Both the position numbers and the translations under genes were made by a program. From the human T2T-CHM13v2.0 reference genome, Homo sapiens: 64,000 nucleotides of DNA. The DNA is taken from the NCBI RefSeq assembly GCF_009914755.1, contig NC_060927.1. The stretch is one strand, 5' to 3'. Of this stretch, positions 15,836 to 28,269 are shown piece by piece. The stretch's first letter is position 1, and the number at the start of each line of letters is the position of its first letter. The notes beneath the pieces were generated by a model. It was not told the DNA's origin. It saw only the letters and a program-made list of their open reading frames with translations, and made no database searches.

Positions 15836-18045
15836 TTAGCTTGGTAGGAATTGGTCTCGGAACAATAGCGCATGACTTTGAAGATGGCGATGCTTTTTTG
15901 ACTGGGGTATGATGGGTCTGCATTTTTTTGTTGTTGTTTGGACTGCAGTCTTGGTGGTTAGAAGCACGAGATAGGGTCCTTCCCAAGCTGGTTTGAGTTT
16001 TCCTTCTTTCCAGCTTCTGATGAGAACATCATCCCCAGGCTGATGCTGATGTGCTGGGAACTCCAAGGGTGGCATCTGTACTAAAAAGCCTTTAGCTTTG
16101 AGGGAAGAGAAAGTGGAAGAGAGACCAAGTACATAGCTCTTGAGAAACTGACTTTTAGTTTCAAACGTAGGAATGTCAACAGTGAAGTGTGAGTAAGGCA
16201 GCCTATACAGCATTTCACAAGGAGATAAGCCAACTTCTTTCTGAGGGACAGTTCGGACCTTTAATAAGGCAATAGGAAGGCACTTGGTCCATGATAATCG
16301 AGTTTTTAAAACTAATTTGGTTAGATGGCTTTTTAGGGTTTGGTTCATTCTTTCTACTCTTTCTGATGAAGGTGGGTGCCAGGGGGTATGGTATTCCCAC
16401 TTTATTTCTAATATCTGGGCTAGCTTTATATTGTCATGTGCAGTGAAATGGATTCCATTATCTGAATCAATGTTTTCTATTAATCCAAACTTGGGTATAA
16501 CATTTTCTATGAGTGTCTTAACTACATTGTTGGTGGTTGCACTTGAAAAAGAAATTGCATTTACCCAGTGAGTAAGGTGATCTACTATCACCAGTAGATA
16601 CTTTAGGCGGCCTGTTGGGGGTATTTTGGTATAATCAATTTGGATACTTCGGAGTGGCCTTAATCTTGGGTTTCTTCCTCCAAGGGGTGGTTTTCTTAGG
16701 GTTTATTAGTTTTCTTACATATTAGACAATTATCTGTAACTTGTTTTGCTAGAGTATAAATTCCTATACATCCATAGACTTTAAGAACTGCATCACACAT
16801 AGCCTGAGGTCCCCAGTGGGTTTCTTGATGTAGCTGAGACAAAACCTCCCTCATGAGAGATTTGGTTAGCATTTCTCTTTGGTCTGGTAACACCCATTTA
16901 CCTTCTGAGTTTTCTTTGGCTCCTATTTTTATTAATTTCTCCTTTTCAGCGGGAGTGAAGATGGGAATGGCAGTTGGGGGAGAAAGACAATGAGTTGGTG
17001 GAAAATGCATGTTTCAGAGGAAAAAGCAGTTTGTTTGGCTCTTTGGTCTGCGAGGTTATTCCCTCGTCTTTTAAAAGAGATTTTTTTTGATGTCCTGGGA
17101 CATGGACAATACTTTTTTTTTTTTGGGGGGGGGGGGAGGTGGCAAATGAAGGTTATCCAGTACCTGGGTGATTAATTAACTGTGGACAAGGTCTTGGCCC
17201 TTGCTACTGATGAGACTTCGTTTAGTCCAAATTTTTCTAAAGGTATGGGCTACCCTGAAGGCATACTTGGAATTAGTATAAATAGTTCCTTCTTGATTTT
17301 GTAAATGTTCTAAGGCTTGATTTATTGCAAACAATTCACATGTTTGAGCGGACCGATTATTGGGCAGTCTTTCTGACTCGACTTCTGCGACAGCTTCCCC
17401 ATCGACCACTGAATACCCATTATGTTTTTTTCCTTCAATTACCTGGGAGGAGCCATCTATGAATAGCTGTTGTCTTGTTTTGAAAGGGGTCCCTTAAATC
17501 AGGCCTGACCTCTGTGCGATAATTAACTAAATTTAAGCACTTACACTTAGGCCCTTTTAGGTTTGGGTTCCCTGTCAGGAAACCTGGTGTGTTGAGTGAA
17601 CTGTCAGTGGTTAGTGTTAAGTCATCTCTCTTTAGTAAGGGAGCTTCACACTTTAAAATTCTTGAGTTGGTGGGCCATCTTCCTACCTTTTGATTTAAGA
17701 TTGTCCTAACCTGAAGGGGTGTGCTCACCATCAAGTTTCCCCCAAAGGTTAGCTTCCTGCTTTCTTCAGTTAAGGCAGTAGCTGTAATAGACTGAATAAA
17801 TTTGGGCCACCCACAGGTTACTGGGTTTAAACTTTTGATAGGAAGGCCACAGGTTGTTGGTGACCCCCATGTTCTTGAGTAAGCACCCTGAAAGTCACCC
17901 TCTTGTTTGCGTTAATGAAAAGGTGAAATGATTTTTCTAGGGATGGCAGCGCTAAGACAGGAATAGCGATGGGTAGGTGTTTTAGCTCCTCAACCTAGTG
18001 GATTTCATCAGAAGTCCACAGAAGAGGGTCAGGCTTTTCTTGGGT
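15836..18045 (-). pseudogene. ERV pol remnant (RT connection, RNase H, integrase); protease and RT polymerase core absent
   Basis: ORF pieces include SAQTCELFAI and IYTNSKYAF (RNase H), LHQETHWG...CLIC (integrase zinc finger), IVD..SDNG..VERMNQTLK (DDE core) and WEGPY. Confidence 0.9.
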
Positions 18046-19032
18046 GAGCTGTATTGTTACCATCCCATTGAGGGTCTTGGGCTGGAAATATTTGGTCTGC
18101 TGCAGGAATGTTTTGGATGGATGTTCACATTCCCAGACTATTATAGCGGCCCTATGGATCATGCTTCTTTCTTCCCCTGAAAAGAGGATGCCCAGGATGG
18201 ACATTCACTCAGCCCAAGTATACAGCTGTGGCCCTAAGAATTGATCAATTTGATCTGCAATCCCATAGGGGTTATTTAATAATGATCTGAGTTCCTCTTT
18301 TAAACTTTGGACTTCTGAGCTAGTTAAGGGACCATTAACAAAGCCGATGCTTCCTTCTCCAAGGGGCACTTCCCTTAAGGGAAAGAGAGTTGGAGTTGAT
18401 TGCTTAGAGGTGGAGGGGAAAGGGAAGTTCTGAATATCTTTGTTGCACTGTTTTATCTCACGCTGGAGCCTTCCTGGGGGGAGACATAGACTCAGGCGTG
18501 TGGTTAGGGAGGCCAGAGAACATTGATTCAGGATTATATGGGGGAGGAACTGAGTGAGGAGATTCCTGTGCACCCACTTGGGGCGGGGGATTTGGCAGAT
18601 ACAGGTGGTCTAGTGGGTCCAGATGTTAGTGGGCTGTTCAGGGGTAGAGACCTTACTCCTTTCAGAGGAGCCGGTTTCTGGCTTGCCCCCTATACCTTTA
18701 GGGGGTAAAGGAGGACAGGTCCCTGCTGCCAACACAGGGCATAATCTATTTTCTCCTGGGAAACGGGACTCTTGTCATTGACATACTTTATTAAAAGTTG
18801 ACAAATTCGAATCCTCATTTGACCTAAACTTTGGCCAGAAAACTGAGGGCTCAAGGATGGGTTCTTTGGTCCAAATGAAACAACAATATTTTATCATCTG
18901 TTGCTTTCTCTTATGTTTAGTCCTCTCATTATCTTTCCAGTATTATTTTAACATGAGACCTAAGGGACTATTAAGGGGAATGTTATTAGCCTTATACTTT
19001 CTGTTTCTTGTCTTACTTGGGATAGTCCCCAT
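18045..19032 (-). pseudogene. ERV gag remnant (matrix to N-terminal capsid)
   Basis: Starts MGTIPSK (Met-Gly), contains SPLGLML*YWKD, MIKYCCFIW and LLNNPYGIADQIDQFLGPQLYTWAE. Has stops and frameshifts. Confidence 0.85.
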
Positions 19033-19676
19033 CCTGGAGGTTTGGTGTTAGGCTCAATCCTTCATATTAGAGGTTTCTTGCCTTCCCTCTCCCTAGAGGC
19101 TTAACCCCACCTACTGGAGGTCCCTTGCACTCTTCTTGTTTCGCTTCACCCTCTATGGCCACTTCCCCAGAGGGACTTTAGGTCCCTCTTAGCACTGGCA
19201 GGTTCAGTATAAGCCTTTGACTTTGACTCCTTTATAGGAGGGCCGCCATCAGAAGCCATATGAGGTGACCACGGAACTGCAGATTGGACTTACTCACTCT
19301 ACACTTAATGTGCCTGAATCTCATTCATGCACTTTCAACCTCCAAGATAACCTGACCACTAGGAATACTTTACCACCCCTGCGGCTTTTCTTACCTTGGT
19401 ATGTTCTGACCAAGATATACTTCACCGCCCCCTGGCTTTTCTTACTTTGATCTCGACCACCAAGGAAATACTTCACTGCCCCCACGGCTTTTCTAACCTT
19501 GGTCTGTGCAGAGTTACTTGGCTGCTGCGGTATCTACTTGTAGGACTTTTCTTCCCGGGTTTATTCGTCATGCCAGGTGGGTCTCAATCTCTTACCCCTG
19601 AGGCCACCACAATGAGGCAGTGGGACACGTCTCCTAATGAGAGATGCTTGGAGACCTTTCCCCAGAGGAGAATGGG

Positions 19677-19694
19677 ATCCCAGATGAGCCCCCA
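19677..19694 (-). promoter_or_regulatory. Retroviral primer-binding site, tRNA-Pro
   Basis: TGGGGGCTCATCTGGGAT versus canonical Pro site TGGGGGCTCGTCCGGGAT. Both differences are CpG transitions. Lies 4 nt from the 5' LTR. Confidence 0.9.
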
Positions 19695-19698
19695 AATT

Positions 19699-20122
19699 TG
19701 TTAGAAGAGCTCAAAGTCACAAAGAAAATGAGCACTCAAACAAAAGACTTCTCAGCAAGGCAAATTTCAGAAGGGTGCTGCCTGCATCAGTTACAATCAC
19801 AAGAGCACACTGAACAAAGGAAAGCAGGGGTTTTTATTCCTAACGCCATTCCTGTTTCTGTGTCCTCCCCTTGTTATCTGGGGTAGGACCACACAATCTA
19901 AACTGATCCCGACTGACTAGATTTAGCATTTAGAATAGGACAAAGAACCAGGAAGTTTATTTTTTGTACCTAACAACTTAAAGTAAGGCAGCGTGGGTCG
20001 GCTACAAGCTTGGTGGACGGAGGCATGCCTGGGTGTGTTAAAGGCAAGAAAGATTACTTATATACTAGAACAAAAGACAAGGAGGGTGAAACCCTTTGTT
20101 TGAAGAGAAACTGTTCCTAACA
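19699..20122 (-). mobile_element. 5' LTR (LTR10 family)
   Basis: TGTTAG...CTAACA termini, about 424 bp, adjacent to the primer-binding site, direct repeat of 14190-14617. Confidence 0.9.
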
Positions 20123-21449
20123 CTTGTGCACAGGAGTTCAAGACAAGAGTGAGGTATGATCACTCCACTGCACTCTGGCCTAGGCTACAGAGCAAGACTA
20201 TGTCTCAAAAAATAAAAAAATGAGAAAGACTTCAAAGAAATAATGCACCTGAAGGAACCAGAAAAGCAAGAACAAACCAAATCTAAAATTGGTAGAAGAA
20301 AAGAAATAATAAACATCATAGCAGTAATAAATAAAATTGAGAATAAAACAAAATACAGATGATCAACAAAACAAAATCAACTACCTTTTAGCTAGGCTAA
20401 AAAAAAGATGACTCAAATAAATAAAATCAGAAATGAAAAAGAAAACATAACTGAGACCACAGAAATACAAAAAAATCATTACAGACTATTATGAACAACT
20501 ATATGCCAACAAATTTAAAAACTAGAAGAAATGGATAAATACTTGGATACATGACTTTCAAGATTGAACCATGAAGAAAGAAAACCTCAATAAGCTGATA
20601 ACAAGTAATGAGATTGAAGCCATAATAAAGTCTCCCATTCCACTAAATATTAAAATTTTTAAAAATAAAACAAAAAATTAAGTCTCCCACCAAAGAAAAG
20701 CCCAGGACCTAATGGCGTCCTAATAAATTCTACCAGTTCTACTCAAACTCTTTAAAAAAAAAATCGAATGTTTTGGAATTCATTCTACAAGGCCAGCATC
20801 ACTGTGATTCCAAAACCAGACACGGATAAAACAAAAAAAGAAAACTACAGGCCAATACCACTGATTATGAAATTAGATGCAAAATCTTCAACAAAATATT
20901 AGCAAACCAGATTCAACCACATATTAAAAGGATCACGCATCATAATCAAGTGGGATTCACCTCAGGAATGCAAGGATGGTGTGACATACACAAACCAATA
21001 AACATGATACATCACATTAACAGAACCGAAAACAAAAACCATGATTATTTCAATAGATGCCAAAAAAGCACTTGATAAAATTCAATATACCTTTGTGATA
21101 AAAACCAGTAACAAACTGTTACAGATGAAACATAGCTCAAAATTAAAAGGGCCATATATAATAAACCCACAGCTAACATCATACTGAATGGGGAAAAATT
21201 GAAGGTCTTTCCTCTAAGGTCTGGAACAAGACAAAAATGCCTACTTTCACCGCTTTTATTTCATATAGTACTGGAAAAGCAGTGAAGTAAAACAAAGAAA
21301 TAAAGGGCACCAAAATTGAAAAGGAAGAAGTCAAATTAGCCTTGTTTACAGATGGCATGATCTCATACCTAGAAAAACCTAAAGACTTCACCAAAAAAAA
21401 CTGTAAGAACTGATACATATGCTTAGTAAAGCTGCAGGATCCAAAATCA

Positions 21450-22460
<1,011 letters not shown>

Positions 22461-23514
22461 AAATACAGACTCTAGGCAATGCCTATCAAATTACCAATGA
22501 CATTCTTCACAGAAAAAGAAATAGAAAAAAAATCCTAAAAATTATATGGAACCACAAAAGACCCCAAATGGTCAAGGCAAAGAACAAAGCTGGAGGCATC
22601 ACGCTACTTGACTTCAAATTTACTACAAAGCTACAGTAACCAAATAAGCACGGTACTGGAATAAAAACAGACACACAGAAAAGAAAAAAGAATCCAGGTA
22701 TAAATTCATGCATTTATAGCCAACTCATCTTCAACAAAGATGCCAAGAACATATAATGGGGAAAGGACAGTCTCTTTAATAAATGATGCTGGGAACACTG
22801 GATATCCATATGCATAAGAATGAATGAATGAATGATTTTTTGAGGTTAAGACCTCAAAACCACAGGCAACCAAAGCTAAAAAAGACAAATGAGATTACAT
22901 CAAGCTAAAAAGCTTCTGCACAGCAAAAAAACACAATCAACAAAGTGAAGAGAAAACTCACAGAATGGGAGAAAATATTTCCAAACTACCCGTCTGACAA
23001 GGGATTAATAACCAGGATATATTAAGAGCTTAAACAACTTAATAGCAAAAAAACAAATAATCATATTTTAAAATGGGCACATTTAAAATGGGCAAATGAT
23101 CTGAACAGACATTTCTCAATAGACCTGTCGAGTGTGGGAAACAATGCCCAGTACATGGTAAGATTCACTAATTGTTAGAAGATCTTTTTGATAATTTTTA
23201 TGAAACAGTAAAATATGTAGGTTCCTGGCTGTACAGAACAGTCTTTTCTGAATCATTCTTTCTCTTTTCCCTCTTTTATAGTTCTTGTTCCTTGCTTTTT
23301 ATGACTAGTGTGCTAGTTGTCTCTCCTTATGAGAGGTGGTGGATGGTTTAAGTACAGGTCTATCATCGAGACAAGCTGGAGGTAGGAATAAAAGGAATAT
23401 GAAAGGGAGGAGATTTAAAGATGCTTCTACCCATTTCTTTTTCTACTTTATAAACCTCTTCTTTTACTGCTTTTACTTTGGATTTTAAAAGCAGTGTCTC
23501 AAAGAGATTATACT

Positions 23515-24176
23515 GTTTTCATAGCAATATTATTCACAATAGCTAAAATATGGAAACAAAGTATCCATTAACGAAATAATGGATACGAAAAATGTGGTAT
23601 AGACATATAATAGAATATTATTCAGCTTTAAAAGGGTAGGAAATTTTGACATATACTATAACATGGCTGAAACTTGAGGACATGATGCTGAGTGAACCAA
23701 GCCAGTCACAAGAAGACAAATACCATCTGACTATACTTTTATGTGGTACTTACGGTAGTTAAAATCAGAGAAACAAAGTAGAATGATGGCTGAGGGAATG
23801 AGGAGTTATTGTCTGATGAGGGAATGAGGAGTTATGTCTGATGACTATGGAACTTCAGCTTTGCAAGATGAAAAGAGCCTGTAGATGGATAGTGGTAACG
23901 GCTGCATTTCACAAATGTATTTAATACCACTTAACTGTAAACTTAAAATGGTTAGGATAATTGTCCTCGTTTCAGTTTTACAAGATTAGAACAGAGTCTA
24001 TAGATGAATAGTGGTAGTGGCTGCATCTCATGAATGTATTTAATACCATTTTACTATACACTTTAAAATGGTTAGAATAATCGTCCTCTTTGCGCAGTGG
24101 GCAGCATGTCAGTCTCATAAAAATGGTTACCATAATAAATTGTATGTTATGTATATTTTACCACAATAAAAAAAAT
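23515..24176 (+). mobile_element. L1MB-type 3' end with internal duplications and a tRNA insertion
   Basis: TTATTCACAATAGCTAAAATATGGAAAC...TATGTTATGTATATTTTACCACAATAAAAAAAA. Confidence 0.75.
24083..24120 (+). pseudogene. 5' half of elongator tRNA-Met(CAT), tailless retropseudogene
   Basis: GTCCTCTTTGCGCAGTGGGCAGCATGTCAGTCTCATAA matches 34/38 nt of the tRNA-Met 5' part as I recall it. Ends 2 nt after the CAT anticodon. Flanked by a degenerate TSD AAAATGGTTA(GA/CC)ATAAT. Confidence 0.85.
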
Positions 24177-25165
24177 ACTAACCCAAAATGGATTATGAAC
24201 TTAATCTGAAAAAACAGGAGAAACAGGAGAAAATTTTCAAAACCTAGGGTTAGGCAAAGAGTTATGAGATTTGTCACCTAACTTGATAAATTGGACTTCA
24301 TCAAAATTAAAAGGTTTTGTTCCACGAAAGATCCTTAAAGAAAGGATGAAAAGACAAGCCACATACTGGGAGAAAATATCTGGAAATGATATATCTGACT
24401 AAGGACTAGTACACTATAATAGATTACATAAAGAATTCTCAAAACTCAGTAGTAAAAAGAACCACCCAATTCGAATATGGGCAAAAGACCATGAAGAGAC
24501 ATTTCACCAAAAAAGATACACAGATGGCAAATAAGCACATGAAAAGATGTCCAAAATCATTTGCCATCAGGGAAATGTGGCTACACATCGATGACAATGA
24601 CTAAAATAAAATGAGGCAACACCAAATGCTGGCAAGGATGTGGAAAAACTCGATCATTCACACATTGCTGTTGGAAATGTAAAATCATACAGCTACTCTG
24701 GAAAGCGGTTTAGCAGTTTCTTTAAAAAAACAAGCAAACATGCAACTATCATATGACCCATCAATTTCACTCCCCGGCAATCTCTTGAAAATTATGCTCA
24801 GTGAAAAAAGCCAATCCTGAAAGTTTATATATTTATTATTCCATTCATATAGAATTGCTGAAATGACAAAATAATGGAAATAGAGAACAGATCAGTGGTT
24901 GCTTTGAGTTAAGAAGGGGATGGGGTGAGAGGAAAGTAGGTGTGGCTAGAAAAAGGCCTCGAGTGATCTTTGTGGTGACAGAAATGTTCTGTAGTTTGAC
25001 TCTATTAACGTCAATATCCTGGTTAGTGATACTATGCTAGAGTTACTACTAGAGGAAACTGGGTTAAAGGCACATGTGATTTCTGCATTATTATTATTTT
25101 TTTACAAACATACATGTATCTACAATTAACCCAAAATTAAAGGTTTAATTAAAAAAAAAAAGGAA
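24177..25165 (+). mobile_element. L1MC/MD-type 3' ORF2 and 3'UTR fragment
   Basis: TTGGACTTCATCAAAATTAAAA...AGACATTTCACCAAAAAAGATA..., ending in a poly(A). Confidence 0.7.
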
Positions 25166-25995
25166 ATGGAAATTTCTGCACACGAAGGAAAGAATCTAAA
25201 CCCCAAAGAAAGAAGCCTTTTGTAAGAAGGCAGACACTTACCTAAACAGTGTATCTGACAAGCCTAGACTCAGGTGGGCAAAGGAATGGACCTGATACAG
25301 ATTGAGTGACTTTGATGGTATAAGGAGTGGAGCCTTTAATGACGTGGGCTGGCATGACCAGTTAGAATCTGGAGGATCCTAAAATGGAGAGTTATTTGTC
25401 CCCACACATTAGATCGCCTTCATGGGGCATTTACTGAGGGTACAGCAGTGTAGCAGGCTGAGAATGGGGCTATAAAGCCATGAAACATTTCTGCAGTCTC
25501 ACAGTTCATACACCCTAAAGTCATGCTAGTGGAAAGAACCAATGAAAGACACAAAACTCATCTCCCACCCTCATGACAGCTGAAAACAGAAGCCAGGTGA
25601 AAGTAACTAAAGCAGCAACCTAACGCTAAACAAATTCAACTCCTATTTTATCAGCCTCACTGCAGCTTCCTGAAAAGGAAAGAACACTGCTTCGCTTTCA
25701 ATGGTTCTTTTATACGTTATTTAGAGCACAATAAAAAATTTAAGACATGTAAAGAAGTAGGATAACATAAGAGGAAAACAATCAAAAGAAAACCCACACA
25801 GCAGAACCACAGATGTTAGAACTATTATAGCAGAAAAGAACTTTAAAATGGCAATTTTTAAATACACAGGAAAAGATGTACAAATTAGATGCAATATCAA
25901 ATTTAAGAGAAATAGAAACTCTAAAAAGAGCAAACAGACATTCTAAAAGTTAAAAATACAATAAATGAAATTAAGAAATCTATGACCTATTCAAA

Positions 25996-26293
<298 letters not shown>

Positions 26294-27414
26294 TCTATGA
26301 CCTGTTCAAGCAATGAGGTAATTTTAAATGCACTATATTCAATATGTAAGAATTTTTCAAATATATTAAATAAAAATGATCCCATTCTTCTGTCACATGC
26401 CTCCCCCACACATCTCTAATCCCTCAACACAGCAAAGACTACTAGACAATCACAGCACTTTCAACTTGTTATCAGAATTCTTAGCAAAGACCTCTAGACA
26501 CCAACACCAATAAGAGGTGGCATTGGAAATAAAACCTGTTTGATTTAGTCAAAACGTAGGTTGCCTTAATCACAGTGCTTATGAAAAAATGTAAAGTCAC
26601 CACTTTGTAATGAAGCAGGGGACTAGGTGAACTTATAAAGTAAGTGAAAGTGTGTCATTGATTCCTGCCTCCTGCTTTGTCCTATTAAACAAAAACTTTG
26701 TGGTAAGGGCTCTACAATGTGAATTAAAAATCCTACCTCCCAGGTATATATTTGAGAGAAATTAGTGGATATGTACACAAAAGGACTTGTATAAAATGTT
26801 TTACACAGCTTTCTTCATAACAACCAAAAAGTAGAAACAATTCAAATTCCCACCATGGAATATTACACAGCAATAAAAAGGAACAAGCTACCAGCACGCA
26901 CAGTAACACAGATACTGAGTAAAAGAAGCCATAATTAATCATATATACTGCATGATTCCATTTATATGACGTTCAAACCTAATCTATAGTGATATGAGTT
27001 AAAAAAAAAAAAAGATTATCTCTGGGGAGGGTGGGCTGTCTTGGAAAGAGCTAATGGGAGTCTTTCTGGAGTACTGGAAATGTTTTGTGTCTTTCTATGG
27101 ATAGTGATTGCAGTTATAAAAAGGCATCAAGCTGCGTACTTAGATTTGTGCAGTTCACACAGAAAAAATAATGATGATGATGAAAATAACCAGGCTGTGA
27201 GGTACGATATCTGCAAATGGCCAATAAACAAGAATCTTTGGGAATTATTAGATGATGTTAAGATACTACTGAACAGGAAGAATGGCGCTAATAAAGAAAG
27301 CATATTTTAATGACATGCTAGCTTTATTTGGCATTCTATGTGTCCTATAAACATCTGTTTAAAATGATTCTTTTTAGATATATCTTCTGCACTAGATGAG
27401 AAGTTCATCTGGGG

Positions 27415-27596
27415 CAGGGGTTAGCAAACATTGTCTGTAAAAGTCTAGAGAGTAAGTATTTTCAGCTTTGCAGGCCATATGCTCACTGCTGCAACTACCC
27501 AATTCTGCCACTGTAGCACTAAAGCAGCCATACAAGGTAAGTAAATGAGTGAGTGTGGCCCAATTTGGCCCACTGGCCATAGTCTGCCAACTCCTG
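27415..27596. mobile_element. MER58A (hAT-Charlie)
   Basis: CAGGGGTTAGCAAAC...GCTTTGCAGGCCATA...TGCCAACTCCTG. Confidence 0.75.
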
Positions 27597-28250
27597 ATCT
27601 AAAGGAAGAACTATAATAGCCTTTGTTTTCCGTGTTTATTTTCTACAGTACTTCACACACAGTAGGCACTCAGCGAAGCTAAAAGGAATCTTTAAAACCG
27701 TCTCTTCTAATCCCTCCACTCACGGTGAAAAACATCAATCAGAGGTTTAAATTTGCTCAACAGTACTACTTTTTAAAGCAGTGCCTCATTTTAATAAACA
27801 TGCAAAGATTTAATAGTGATTTAAATTCCAAATTTTTTTACATGTAAAACATAAGTTTCAGAAGTTCAGACATTTTACATAGCATAAACTAAAAATAATT
27901 AGTTTAGAAAAATGTATCTTTACCTATAGTTTGGTTATAAGTTATCAATACGAGCTTTCAGTCACACAACCATAAGGGATCAATCTAGGAAGTACTAAAA
28001 CCTCACCATATAAAATGAGGAGCTAAGACTAAACGAAACTTTCTCCAGGACTCAAGTTTTTCTAAAAGCCAAAATGGTAATGAACTTATTTAATAGTAGT
28101 TAGCATTATTAGGAAACACTTGATTATAACTTAACTAAATTATAAGGAAAACGTTTAACATAATTATACTTCAACACAGTAATATGATCTACACTAAAAA
28201 ATTCTATTACAGGTTACTGAACATTTTTACGTGGCAGTCAAACAATCAGC

Positions 28251-28269
28251 CAACAGTAGAGGGCAGCAT
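28251..28269 (+). promoter_or_regulatory. Candidate CTCF site
   Basis: ACAGTAGAGGGCAGCA closely matches the CTCF core CCA(G/C)(C/T)AG(A/G)(G/T)GGC(A/G). It lies in unique sequence. Motif evidence only. Confidence 0.4.

Larger units (their letters stand above)
14190..20122 (-). mobile_element. Class I endogenous retrovirus, HERVIP10-type (LTR10 family), internally deleted (HERVIP10FH-like)
   Basis: Two related TG...CA LTRs, 4-bp TSD CTTG (14186-14189 and 20123-20126), tRNA-Pro primer site, polypurine tract, and gag, RNase H, integrase and env remnants in order on the minus strand. Subfamily label is from memory. Confidence 0.9.
14046..20220 (+). mobile_element. Degenerate AluJ-like element split by the provirus (14046-14189 and 20123-20220)
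   Basis: Left part ends GAGGATGCCTTG. Right part resumes (CTTG)TGCACAGGAGTTCAAGAC..CACTGCACTC and poly(A). Confidence 0.85.

Noticed and set aside
19350-19505. Repeat-spacer-like array suggestive of CRISPR
   Set aside because: The units are degenerate tandem copies in a retroviral leader in primate DNA, with no unique spacers and no cas genes.
24083-24120. Functional tRNA-Met gene
   Set aside because: Only the 5' 38 nt are present. There is no T-arm or B-box, no 3' acceptor strand and no terminator.
25234-25250. Perfect minus-strand donor TAG|GTAAGT (also near 9547 and 14657)
   Set aside because: No convincing upstream acceptor or reading frame. At least two of the three lie in repeat-derived DNA, and such matches are expected by chance.
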